From the IMG/VR virus record IMGVR_UViG_3300036770_002685: a stretch of DNA of 64,000 nt; one strand, given 5' to 3'. The position numbers and the translations under genes were made by a program. This stretch comes from an uncultured virus (IMG/VR IMGVR_UViG_3300036770_002685) (Duplodnaviria; Heunggongvirae; Uroviricota; Caudoviricetes). Positions 8,120-17,558 of the stretch are shown here, piece by piece. The first letter of the stretch is position 1; each line of letters begins with the position of its first letter. The notes below the pieces were generated by a model. It was not told the origin of the DNA. It did not search any database and worked only from the letters and a program-made list of their open reading frames with translations.

Positions 8120-8397
8120 AGCTTGACGTTATTTCCGATCCCGGGCACGCATGGGCGAAGGTTTCGATTCGCTTGCTTGACCGCTTAAACCTTTTAGACG
8201 TGATCACGTCCTATAGTTACATTCGCGGCGAATTCGCTTACCTTGAGGAAGATTGCGATTTAAGCGAATTAATGCGGGCCGCGCAAGCGGCGGGCATTCC
8301 GTTAACTTTCCGGGAGCGTGTCGCGCGCGAGCGCCCGTCCCGCGTCCGGAATTATGATCACTACACGCCCGGGCGCGCCCGTGAAAAATTAGTTTGA
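8116..8397 (+). CDS. Hypothetical early protein (DPGHxW...YLEEDCD type)
   Basis: SDPGHAW and AYLEEDCD motifs; GGAGG RBS. Confidence 0.7.
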   Translation: MKLDVISDPGHAWAKVSIRLLDRLNLLDVITSYSYIRGEFAYLEEDCDLSELMRAAQAAGIPLTFRERVARERPSRVRNYDHYTPGRAREKLV

Positions 8398-8476
8398 AAT
8401 TCTGATTTTTTGTCTTATACTTTCCGGGCGGGCATAGTCCCGCTCATTTCAATCGATTCAATACAGGGAGAATCAA
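8394..8476 (+). promoter_or_regulatory. Early promoter/leader, copy 4
   Basis: TTGAAA-N16-TATACT, TTCCGGGCGGGCA..CCCGC, ATACAGGGAGA. Confidence 0.8.
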
Positions 8477-9565
8477 ATGAGTACATTGATGCAAGCTTCG
8501 AAACAATGGTCAACCCGTCCCGCTGAGGAGCGGTTTATTTCGCTCACGGAAATGCACGCCGCGCAAGCGGCCCAACGCGCTATTAGTCGCGCCGCCGTGG
8601 TTAGCTCGCGGGCGTTGCGGGCCGTTCCCACGGATGACAATTCCGGGATTTTGATTGAGGGCCCAAACGGCCACGGGTTTGCCCCGTCGCATTGGGCATT
8701 CGGCCAAGCGGCGGGCCTGATCGGCGCGCCCGCTGGATATCTTCGCTCGCTTCCCGCGCCCGTTGCGGCGGATTGTATTAACTGGGGCATGCAACATGAG
8801 CGGGACGCGCAAGACGTAGGCGTTTTATTGACGAAAAACGGCGAAGCGACAATTCGCGCCATGACGGGCCCGCGTTATGGGCGGGTTTGGAATGATGACG
8901 TTATCGCGGCGTTAATGGACCGCTTCGGGGACGGCGTAACGGGCGATTTTCGCGTCCCGGGCGTGTTCGGCCAAGCGGTACAGGTAGACCGTCAAAACAC
9001 CACGTTATATGCGGGTGACCGTGACATGTTCGTTTTTCTTGCGGATGAGATAAACCGCATTGAACTCCCGGGCCGCCGGGACGGGAAAACGGGCGCGCTC
9101 GCTCGCGGGTTTTTTGTCACGAATTCCGAAGTGGGCGGCGGCGCGCTCCGCGTGAAAACCTTTTTGTTCGATTATGTTTGCGCGAATCGGATTGTTTGGG
9201 GCGCTCATGAGCTCGAGGAAATAAGCTTGCGGCATACGGCGAGCGCTCCCGATCGGTTTATTGAGGAAGTAGCGCCCGCGTTGCTCGCTTATTCGCAAGC
9301 GAGCGAATCGAACACTCTCAGCGTGTTACAGGCCGCGCAGCGCGAGCGAATTCCCGATGTGGGCAAGTTTTTATCTGGCCGTTTCGGGCCGCGTATCGCC
9401 CAGCGAATCGAACACGCCCACGTTATTGATGAGGGCCGCCCGATTGAAACAATTTGGGACGCTGTAACGGGCGCGACCGCCTATGCGCGCTCGATTCAAT
9501 GGACCGCAGACCGCGTTGATTTCGAGACGCAAGCGGGCGATTTATTGGACCTTGTGACCGCCTAA
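8477..9565 (+). CDS. DUF932-like protein
   Basis: QWSTRPAEERF, GPRYGRVWN, GFFVTNSEVG and YVCANR motifs. Confidence 0.7.
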   Translation: MSTLMQASKQWSTRPAEERFISLTEMHAAQAAQRAISRAAVVSSRALRAVPTDDNSGILIEGPNGHGFAPSHWAFGQAAGLIGAPAGYLRSLPAPVAADCINWGMQHERDAQDVGVLLTKNGEATIRAMTGPRYGRVWNDDVIAALMDRFGDGVTGDFRVPGVFGQAVQVDRQNTTLYAGDRDMFVFLADEINRIELPGRRDGKTGALARGFFVTNSEVGGGALRVKTFLFDYVCANRIVWGAHELEEISLRHTASAPDRFIEEVAPALLAYSQASESNTLSVLQAAQRERIPDVGKFLSGRFGPRIAQRIEHAHVIDEGRPIETIWDAVTGATAYARSIQWTADRVDFETQAGDLLDLVTA

Positions 9566-9599
9566 GCTTTCCCTGAGCGGGGCCCGTGAGGGCCGCGCG

Positions 9600-9624
9600 G
9601 GCCCGCTTCGGCGGGCCTTTTTTT
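9600..9624 (+). terminator. Rho-independent terminator ending the early block
   Basis: GGCCCGC-TTCG-GCGGGCC followed by T7. Confidence 0.9.
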
Positions 9625-9719
9625 CGCCCGTATAAACCGGGCCCGGCGCGCGCTGTACATTCTTTTTTCCAAAATAAATCGGGTCTGTCCCTATTTTTCT
9701 CGCTCCGCTCGCTCCCGTT

Positions 9720-9995
9720 AAACCGGGCCCCGTGGGCCTTGGCCCGTTATCCCTGAAACGTACGGGCGCGAACCGCTCCCGGCGGCCCGTGGGCCGCGTC
9801 CCGCGCTCGGCGCTCCCGGTCCCGCGCTCCCGGGCCGTGGGCCGCGTTGCATTGGACCGTGGGCCAGCGCTCACGGCCCGCGTTGATACCCGCTCCCGGC
9901 GGGCCGTGGGCCGTGTACCATGGGCCGCGCATGGCGCTACCGCATGGCGGGCCGCGCCCCGTGGGCCGTGGGCCTTGGGCCGTGGGTGGGGGGTA
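9720..9995. repeat. GC-rich non-coding short-repeat island
   Basis: Many GGGCCGTGGGCCG and CGCTCCCGG units; 7-bp periodic CCGTGGG/CCTTGGG at about 9959-9986. Confidence 0.8.
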
Positions 9996-10138
9996 GAGTC
10001 CCGGCGAGTGTTTATGCGGTATCCGAGCGAAGTGAGTACCCACTCCCCAAAAATGGCCCCCCAGCGGCGCGAGCGAAGGCCTTGGCCCGATTTCACACAA
10101 ACAGTTACCACTTGAAAATGTTTTGTTTTCGTGGAACA

Positions 10139-10489
10139 ATGTTCATCGTGAAACATTGCTCAAAATGTGGTGGAATCAGAGACCGTTTGCCACAGCGGTA
10201 TTGCAAAAAGTGCCATGCTGCGTATATGCGTGAGCATCGGCCAAAGCACAGTGAACTGACCCCGGAAGCGCGCAAACGCGCAAACTGTAGGTCGTATGCC
10301 AACGCGTATCGAAAAAGAGGTACATTGGTACGTGGTCCTTGTTTCAGGTGTGGTTCAGCGGAATCGCAGATGCACCATCCTGATTACGATAAGCCCTTAG
10401 AGGTTGTATGGGTCTGCCGCAGTTGCCACTTGGACATACACGCAGAGGAAAAAGACCCCCCGGTTGTCTTAGAAAAAGAAAGTGCATAA
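10139..10489 (+). CDS. HNH-type endonuclease with zinc fingers
   Basis: CSKC..CKKC; CFRCG...HHPDYDKPLEVVWVCRSCH; directly upstream of TerL. Confidence 0.75.
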   Translation: MFIVKHCSKCGGIRDRLPQRYCKKCHAAYMREHRPKHSELTPEARKRANCRSYANAYRKRGTLVRGPCFRCGSAESQMHHPDYDKPLEVVWVCRSCHLDIHAEEKDPPVVLEKESA

Positions 10490-10513
10490 AAATTTTTGCA
10501 AAATTCAAAACCT

Positions 10514-11980
10514 ATGACCTTATCAAACCAACAAGACGTTGAAGCCGAACGCGTGAAGCTTGAGCTTCGACTCTTGCAGCTTGAAACCCAAGAACGTGCC
10601 ACTTCAAGCTTTCTGGACTTCTGTCGCTACGTCTGGCCCGAGATGATTGTCGGTGAGCACCATAGGCGTATTGCAAAAGCCTTGGACCGTGTTGTGTCAG
10701 GCCAGTGCAAGCGTCTGATGATCGCGATGCCTCCCCGCCATGGCAAAAGCCAGATGGGCAGTTATCTGTTCCCCGCGTACCTGATGGGCAAGAAGCCTGA
10801 TTCGAAGCTCATTGTCGGTTCGCACACGGCGGAGTTAGCGCAGCGTTTTGGCCGGATGATCAGGAATCTTGTTGCGGAGGAGCGGTACAAAGAACTGTTC
10901 CCGGACATGGCGTTGTCGGCGGATTCCAAGGCAGCGGGCCGGTGGGACACGAACCAAGGCGGTGAAGCGTTCTTCATTGGTAAGGGCGGTGCGATGACGG
11001 GCCGTGGCGGTAACGTGGTGATTCTGGACGACATCTTGGACGAACAGGATGCTTTGTCGGACACCGCGATGGAGGGCACGTGGGAGTGGTACACGAGCGG
11101 CCCTCGTCAGCGTTTGCAGCCGGACGGCTCGATTATTATCATTAACACAAGATGGCGGACCGATGATCTGTCGGGCCGGTTATTGAAGCAGCAGGGTCAG
11201 TTGAAGGCGGATCAGTGGGAGGTCTTGGAGTTTCCGGCGATTTTGCCGAGTAACAAGCCTTTGTGGCCGGAGTATTGGAAGCTGGAGGAGTTGGAGAAGG
11301 TCAAGATGTCAATTGGCCTTCGCAAGTGGCAGGCGCAGTGGCAGCAGCAGCCGACTTCGGAAGAGGGGGCGATTTTAAAGCGGGAGTGGTGGCAGCGGTG
11401 GCCGCACAACTCGCCGCCCAAGTGTGAGTATTTGATCCAGAGTTACGACACGGCGTATTCGAAGAAGGAGACGGCGGACTTCTCGGTGATCACGACGTGG
11501 GGTGTTTTTGTCCCGGACGCGGACTCGGGGCCGAACATTATTTTGTTGGATGTTGTGAGAGGTCGGTGGGACTTTCCGGAATTAAAGCGGATTGCCAAGG
11601 AGCAGTACAGCTACTGGAATCCTGACAACGTGCTGATCGAGGCCAAGGCCACGGGCGTGACGTTGCAGCAGGAGTTGAGAAGAGTCGGGATACCTGTGAC
11701 GATGTACAACCCCGGTGGCAGGCGAGCCGGGCAGGATAAGATCAGTCGGGCGCATGCGGTGGCCCCGTTGTTCGAGAGCCGTATGGTCTGGGCCCCGGAG
11801 ACTGAGTGGGCGGAGGAGTTGATCGAGGAGTGTGCGGCGTTCCCTAATGGCGACAACGACGACATGGTCGATTCGACAACACAGGCCATGATGCGATTCC
11901 GTCAGGGCAATTTTGTGACCTTGCAGACGGATGACGTTGAGGAAGAGTCGAGCGATTCGCTTGTGTATGAGTATTATTAG
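10514..11980 (+). CDS. terL: Terminase large subunit
   Basis: Walker A MPPRHGKS, Walker B VILDD, nuclease motifs SYDTA and DDMVDS. Confidence 0.95.
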   Translation: MTLSNQQDVEAERVKLELRLLQLETQERATSSFLDFCRYVWPEMIVGEHHRRIAKALDRVVSGQCKRLMIAMPPRHGKSQMGSYLFPAYLMGKKPDSKLIVGSHTAELAQRFGRMIRNLVAEERYKELFPDMALSADSKAAGRWDTNQGGEAFFIGKGGAMTGRGGNVVILDDILDEQDALSDTAMEGTWEWYTSGPRQRLQPDGSIIIINTRWRTDDLSGRLLKQQGQLKADQWEVLEFPAILPSNKPLWPEYWKLEELEKVKMSIGLRKWQAQWQQQPTSEEGAILKREWWQRWPHNSPPKCEYLIQSYDTAYSKKETADFSVITTWGVFVPDADSGPNIILLDVVRGRWDFPELKRIAKEQYSYWNPDNVLIEAKATGVTLQQELRRVGIPVTMYNPGGRRAGQDKISRAHAVAPLFESRMVWAPETEWAEELIEECAAFPNGDNDDMVDSTTQAMMRFRQGNFVTLQTDDVEEESSDSLVYEYY

Positions 11981-12020
11981 CCCTAGAATCTGTGCAGTTT
12001 AACCTTGTTAAGGGCGTACC

Positions 12021-15000
12021 ATGGACCGTGATCAGTTGAACGCGTTTATTGCGCGGGATGATGAGCCAGACATGTATGAGGGCTATGCCATGGGCGGTCC
12101 GGTGGGTGAGGACATGGTATCGGACATGCAGCCGGAAGTGAGTTATTTTGCAGAAGGTGGTGAGGTGGATCAGCCACCTGAGAAAGGTTTGTTTAGCCAG
12201 CAGCGTCCGGTGATGCCGCAGGGACGAGCCCCGTTGAAGAGGACGGCGGCGGAGATGTTGCAGCGGATGCCGCAGCAGCAATTAGGGACGATGCGTTTTT
12301 CGCCGTTGACGATGCCGGGGATTGTTGGGCGTCAGGTCCCGCGATTCGCGGACGGTGGTGAGGTGGACTCGGAGCAGCGCGGGTTGATGGCGCAACGGAT
12401 GGACATGGGCGCGCCAGCGGAGAATCTGTTTGGTGCGAACTTGGCGATGCCGTCACTGCCGCCTGCTGCGTCGTTTGAGACGAACGTGCCGACATTCACG
12501 CCAACCTATACACCGCCCACGGGCCCGGTGACAACACCCGGTACGGCGGGAGGTTTGAGTCAGTATCCGGGGTTGGGCGATGGCACGGACTTGCAGTATC
12601 AGCAGAGTTTGTATGAGCAGTTGTCGCCAGCGGCGTTAGCTGCGCCTGCGACGACGTTTACTACAGCAACGGGTTACACGCCCACGGCACAGACGGCGAC
12701 AACGCCGACACTTTTGTCGAGAGAGCAGGCGATGTTGCAGCAGCCGACCTTAGTGCGGTATGAGCCGGAGGCGAAGTTCGCGGGGTTGACCACGTACAAG
12801 GGTCCGTTGCAAACGAGTCCTTATACGGGCGGCACGACGGATGAAACGGGAGTCGTGAAGCCCTTACCGTTGACCACGGACCGTTATGCCTTGTTGGGCT
12901 TTAGGCCACCGACGAATGCGGTGGAAGGGGCGGGTCAGTATTGGTTCAATCCGGCGATGGGCTATGTGTATGCGCCTGCGGGGTATGAGCCGGAGGAGGG
13001 GTCGGGTTGGACGCGCGCTGATGAGCAGGGTGCGGCGCAGCCGGGCACCATTGACTGGACGGACACGAACTTCTTTGCCACGGGTAATTATGCATCGCCC
13101 ACGGAGCAGCCACGCGCGCAGGATTTGACGGACGTGTTCCGGTTGATCGCGGGCAGTGATGTGTCGCAAGCGGCAGCGAATCTGTTTAAGAATCCGAGTT
13201 ATGGCTGGGTGCCTGATCCGACGAACCCGGAGGGTGGCACGTTTAACATGACGCCGGAGGCGGTGAACAACATCCGATCGTCGGACCCGTTCAAGTCGGC
13301 AACCTCGCAGACGCTGAGGAGTTTGTATAGCGAGTTGGGGATGACGCCATCGGAGGAGGACGTCAACGCTTTGACGCAGGCGATTTCGTCGGGTCAGACG
13401 GACATCTTCCGTGTCGCCAATACCATCACTTCGCCCTTGCGCATGTCGGGACAGTTGCAATTAACGCCGGATCGCCCGACGTTGACGAGCATTTATGTCA
13501 ACAGTGGTTTGACGATTCCGGGTTTCTTGAACAAAGCACAGATTGACTCGGCGTATCAGCAGGCGTTGGGACGCAAAGCCGATAACGCGGGCTTGCTGTA
13601 CTACGCGTCTAACCCGACTGTGGCAGGGGCGTTTAAGAGCCCGGCGGACTTGGCAGCGGCGCTTGCAACGTCGCGTGAAGCGCAGGTTCAGGCGGCGTAC
13701 CAGCAGGCCTTTGGCCGTCGCGCGGATGCGGCGGGATTGGCGTACTACACGTCGGGTGGGGGCAAGAACGTTGATCTGGCTCCGGCGCTTGCGCAGTCAC
13801 GTGAAGCACAGGTGCGCCAAGCCTATAGCGACGTTTTGGGTCGCGCTGCAGACACAGCAGGTTTGCAGTACTACACCTCGGGCGCGGGGGCAAACGTTCC
13901 CATTGCACAGTTGAGGTCAGAGTTCACGGGCGGTGAGCGACCGCCTGCGGCCCGTGCGATGGGCTCACCCCCTGAGGGCGAGTATGCGGACCCGGTGATG
14001 CAGCTACTGGCGAGGCAGCGTATGCGACAAGGACCGGGGGCCATGGACCAAGGGTCAGCGAGGGACCGCCTAAAAAAGTTCTTGGGGGGTGAAGACCTCA
14101 CCCCCGTGCGTATGGCGGAGGGTGGCGAGGCAACGAAGGACACAGAGGCGACTGCGCGTGAGTTGTATGCCAAGATTGGGAGAACGGGCGACGCGGTTGA
14201 CGAAAAGGGGTTGAGATATTGGCGAAGCCGTATCCAAGGTAATCAGCAGTCGCCGGAGGACTTGCAGAAGGAGTTCATGGCGGCGGCAGACATTGCCGAT
14301 GATCCGTACTTTGAAGTTAATCGACTGTATCAGCGCGTTGGGCAAACGCCGGACACGGAAGGGTTTAACTACTGGGTAGATCGTGCAAAGCGAGAGAAAC
14401 TATCGCAGCAGAAGTTAGGCGAGCAGTTTATTGGTGGCCTGCCTGCGATCACCGCAGCACAACAGCGTCCGGGCTTTGGCTTAGGTGGTCAGTATGGCAC
14501 CTACAATGGTTTGCCGATGCTGTATGCGCCGGAGGTAGATCGGGTGTTGAGTGGGCGGCAGCGGGTTGAGGGCGATGTCGTCAATCTGGATAACGCGATC
14601 GGCTGGGACCCCGCGTCGATATCGGGTGAGATAGCGCGTGGTGCGGCGTCAACGGGCGTGTATCGCACACCGGTGGGCCCGGCGAATCGGCAGCAGTACG
14701 TGGGCGATCTCGCGGGCGTGGCAAGGCAGTATGGGCTAGACCCGGCACAGTACACGACGACTTCGACGAATCAATACGGTATGCAGTCAAGCGTGTTGAA
14801 CGAGGACGCGTTGTACAACGCGTTGGACGAGAAGTTGAAGGATTACTATGCGGTGCAGGGCTATGTCCCGCCCGCAGGCACAGAGAATTCTGCGTTTAAT
14901 CGTCAGGACATTGGGGGTGACCATGCGCGGGTGATGTATCAGCGTGTGGGAGATCGGTTAGTGCCGATCGAGGAGTCGTTGCAGTATTCGAACATGCAAC

Positions 15001-17549
15001 GTGCGCCGAAGTATAGTTGGACGGACTATCTTGCGCCTGCTGCGATTCTTGCAGCGCCGTTTGCGCTGCCGTATCTTGCGCCGTATTTTACGGCTGCTGG
15101 TGTGGCAAAGGGCGCGGCCATCGGTGCGGGCAAGAACCTAATTCAGGGCAAAGACCCACTCAAAGGTGGCGTGGAAGGTGCGCTAACGAGCTTCATACCG
15201 TCGCCGTTTGCTAAGGGTGGGTTGGTCAAACGCGCCGCAGGCTCCCCCGAGTACGGCGAGATCGCCATCGGCGAAGGCGGGATCACGAAGGACACCATGA
15301 GGGGCTTGAAGTCCAAGAAGGGTGTGGACACGTTCATGACGGATTCGGCGCGGATGCTGCGCAATGTCATGGGTGAGGGTGTATCGAATTTGGAGTCCGC
15401 AGTACGCGGTTCAGTAGCCGCGATCCCCGGATCAGTGGGGGACATCGAGTCGATCTTCCGCGAGAGCGACAAGACGAGGAAGTTCGCGACGACGGAAGAG
15501 GTCTTGCGGGATTACATGCCCAAGCGCATGACTACGCCGACGAAGGAAGGTAAGGGCTTTGAAGAGGTAGGCACTTACCTGCCGTTGCCTGTTCCAGCGG
15601 GCACGATCAGTAAGACGGCTAAAGGTGTGAAGACTGGCGCGCGCCGTGCCTTTGAAGAACTGGGTCCGGTAGCAGCAGGGATGGTTGAAAAGACCGCAGC
15701 AAGGACAGGCGCAGGCCCGATGTATGCGGTCAAGCCCAAGGGTGGGACGTTCTATCCCCCTGAGATGGGTTCTGGTTTGGATACCTACATAGACAGACTG
15801 GTCAAAGGACTATCCCAATCGGAGACTTTGGCAGGTCGGGATGCTAAATCCGTAGCGGACTTTATTCGAACCAAAGGACGTAAGTATTTTACTTCGACAT
15901 TTGGTACGGCGGACGATCCCTTGCGTCTAGCCGTGTCTGAAGGCCGTATGCCGCTGTACGGTTCGGATGACGAACGCTTTAGGGACTACTTGTTGGACGC
16001 TGCGCGCGCGGGCAACCCAAAGGCAGTTAAAGACCTTGAACGTGTTTATGATGAGGCCACACAGCTAGGAGTACAGCTTTATTCTCCAGCGGGCGCGACA
16101 GAGCCCACATACACTTTGGCAAATCGCATAAATGCAGCGCAACGTGCAAAATTGCTTGAGCAAGGGGTGCCAGAGGATTTAATAAACCCAAACTATCCAG
16201 CAGTGAACACTGCCCAGCAGATGGCTGAAACCACTTATGCGGAGGCTAGAAACAAGCTGGGGAAATTATTGAAGGGGATGGAGGAGCTCCCTCCGGAAGC
16301 AAGAGAAGCTTACATGCGCGGGACAGGCAAGGATTTTCAACCCCTGTTATACGCGGCCACCAAGGAAGAGCCTATCTACGACGTCACGCATACGCCGAGC
16401 ATGGACTTTTTAAACCCGCGTAATCTATCAGAAGCAATTGCATCGATTCCTGTAAGTGACCTTGAGCGCATGACGTTCCCTGAGGCAGTGGTCAAGGGAT
16501 CGCAAAACATGCGTATCAAGCGGGATCGTGGGTTGGTCTTGGAAAAGGCAAGGGACGGTAAAACGGTTCCCAAAGAAATTTATTTTGATGGAACCAAGCC
16601 CGTCTATGAGATAGACAAAAATCAGCAGTGGGTGCGTGTCCTGTCGCCTGACGCGGTGGAGTTAGAGGGAGCAGCGATGCGACATTCAATTGGTGGTTAC
16701 AAGACCAGTGATAGCTACAACTTAGGCGGCAGGGATGCGTTTAACTCGGGTCTTGCACGGGTCTTCTCGTTGCGTAACCAGAAGGGTATTCCACAGGTAA
16801 CGGTGGAAGCGAAGTTTACGGACAAAGACGGTTTGTTTATTAAAGAGATTCGATCTAAGTTTAATAGCGAGCCAACGCAAGAAGAGAAAAACGCCGTGTT
16901 CCAGTTGTTTGACACACTGGGCCCAGAAAAGATAGGCTCGACTAAGTACGTAACCAACCGTTCAGGGAATAGCCTGAAAGAAGAAGACCAAGTGACGGTT
17001 AACTGGGGCGACTTGTACAACCAGTACAAGAGCTACAAAGAAGGCACTCAGGGCTTTGCAGGTGGCGGCATCGTTCGAAAGGCAGCACAGGCCTTGACAA
17101 AGATGGGCGCGAAAGAGTCGCAGGTCGCTGGTAAAAAGTTGACTACGCTACAGGACATGCACACTTCGTTAGGCGACAGCGTCCGTGCTCGTGCTGCACA
17201 GATGAAGCAACAAATGGACGAGATGGAGTTTAAGTACAAGCCGGGTCAACGCGTCTTTACTGAGGATTCTGCAAAGAAGAATAAACCGCCTTACCTGATC
17301 AAGTCCAAGCGTCTGTACGGTGACATGATTGTGCGTGATCCTAAGACCTTGAAAGCCATTCGTGATCCGGAAACAGGTAAAGCGCAAAGAACGCCGTATG
17401 AGCCGGGTTACTTAATTCGTGAAGAAAACGGACCGGATGACTGGGCGGAGTATGTTCTGCCTGAGTCCGCGATCAAAGGTTCGGTAGACGAGTTTGCCAA
17501 GGGCGGCAGAGTGGACAAAAAAGCTCCCGGTAAGCGTAAATATATTTAA
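12021..17549 (+). CDS. Giant multidomain (polyvalent-type) protein with DUF4214-like repeats and a PcfJ-like domain
   Basis: 1842 aa; repeats of AYQxxxGRxADxAGLxYY; EGAAMRHSIGGY...VFSLR...PQVTVE; recurring FAxGG. Confidence 0.7.
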   Translation: MDRDQLNAFIARDDEPDMYEGYAMGGPVGEDMVSDMQPEVSYFAEGGEVDQPPEKGLFSQQRPVMPQGRAPLKRTAAEMLQRMPQQQLGTMRFSPLTMPGIVGRQVPRFADGGEVDSEQRGLMAQRMDMGAPAENLFGANLAMPSLPPAASFETNVPTFTPTYTPPTGPVTTPGTAGGLSQYPGLGDGTDLQYQQSLYEQLSPAALAAPATTFTTATGYTPTAQTATTPTLLSREQAMLQQPTLVRYEPEAKFAGLTTYKGPLQTSPYTGGTTDETGVVKPLPLTTDRYALLGFRPPTNAVEGAGQYWFNPAMGYVYAPAGYEPEEGSGWTRADEQGAAQPGTIDWTDTNFFATGNYASPTEQPRAQDLTDVFRLIAGSDVSQAAANLFKNPSYGWVPDPTNPEGGTFNMTPEAVNNIRSSDPFKSATSQTLRSLYSELGMTPSEEDVNALTQAISSGQTDIFRVANTITSPLRMSGQLQLTPDRPTLTSIYVNSGLTIPGFLNKAQIDSAYQQALGRKADNAGLLYYASNPTVAGAFKSPADLAAALATSREAQVQAAYQQAFGRRADAAGLAYYTSGGGKNVDLAPALAQSREAQVRQAYSDVLGRAADTAGLQYYTSGAGANVPIAQLRSEFTGGERPPAARAMGSPPEGEYADPVMQLLARQRMRQGPGAMDQGSARDRLKKFLGGEDLTPVRMAEGGEATKDTEATARELYAKIGRTGDAVDEKGLRYWRSRIQGNQQSPEDLQKEFMAAADIADDPYFEVNRLYQRVGQTPDTEGFNYWVDRAKREKLSQQKLGEQFIGGLPAITAAQQRPGFGLGGQYGTYNGLPMLYAPEVDRVLSGRQRVEGDVVNLDNAIGWDPASISGEIARGAASTGVYRTPVGPANRQQYVGDLAGVARQYGLDPAQYTTTSTNQYGMQSSVLNEDALYNALDEKLKDYYAVQGYVPPAGTENSAFNRQDIGGDHARVMYQRVGDRLVPIEESLQYSNMQRAPKYSWTDYLAPAAILAAPFALPYLAPYFTAAGVAKGAAIGAGKNLIQGKDPLKGGVEGALTSFIPSPFAKGGLVKRAAGSPEYGEIAIGEGGITKDTMRGLKSKKGVDTFMTDSARMLRNVMGEGVSNLESAVRGSVAAIPGSVGDIESIFRESDKTRKFATTEEVLRDYMPKRMTTPTKEGKGFEEVGTYLPLPVPAGTISKTAKGVKTGARRAFEELGPVAAGMVEKTAARTGAGPMYAVKPKGGTFYPPEMGSGLDTYIDRLVKGLSQSETLAGRDAKSVADFIRTKGRKYFTSTFGTADDPLRLAVSEGRMPLYGSDDERFRDYLLDAARAGNPKAVKDLERVYDEATQLGVQLYSPAGATEPTYTLANRINAAQRAKLLEQGVPEDLINPNYPAVNTAQQMAETTYAEARNKLGKLLKGMEELPPEAREAYMRGTGKDFQPLLYAATKEEPIYDVTHTPSMDFLNPRNLSEAIASIPVSDLERMTFPEAVVKGSQNMRIKRDRGLVLEKARDGKTVPKEIYFDGTKPVYEIDKNQQWVRVLSPDAVELEGAAMRHSIGGYKTSDSYNLGGRDAFNSGLARVFSLRNQKGIPQVTVEAKFTDKDGLFIKEIRSKFNSEPTQEEKNAVFQLFDTLGPEKIGSTKYVTNRSGNSLKEEDQVTVNWGDLYNQYKSYKEGTQGFAGGGIVRKAAQALTKMGAKESQVAGKKLTTLQDMHTSLGDSVRARAAQMKQQMDEMEFKYKPGQRVFTEDSAKKNKPPYLIKSKRLYGDMIVRDPKTLKAIRDPETGKAQRTPYEPGYLIREENGPDDWAEYVLPESAIKGSVDEFAKGGRVDKKAPGKRKYI

Positions 17550-17558
17550 GGAACAGTC

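Noticed and set aside
9542..10156. ORFs 9542..10156(-), 9732..10115(+), 9747..10139(-) and the 9920 extension of the HNH gene
   Set aside because: Arg/Gly/Pro/Ala-rich translations of GC-rich repeats that simply lack stop codons; no RBS
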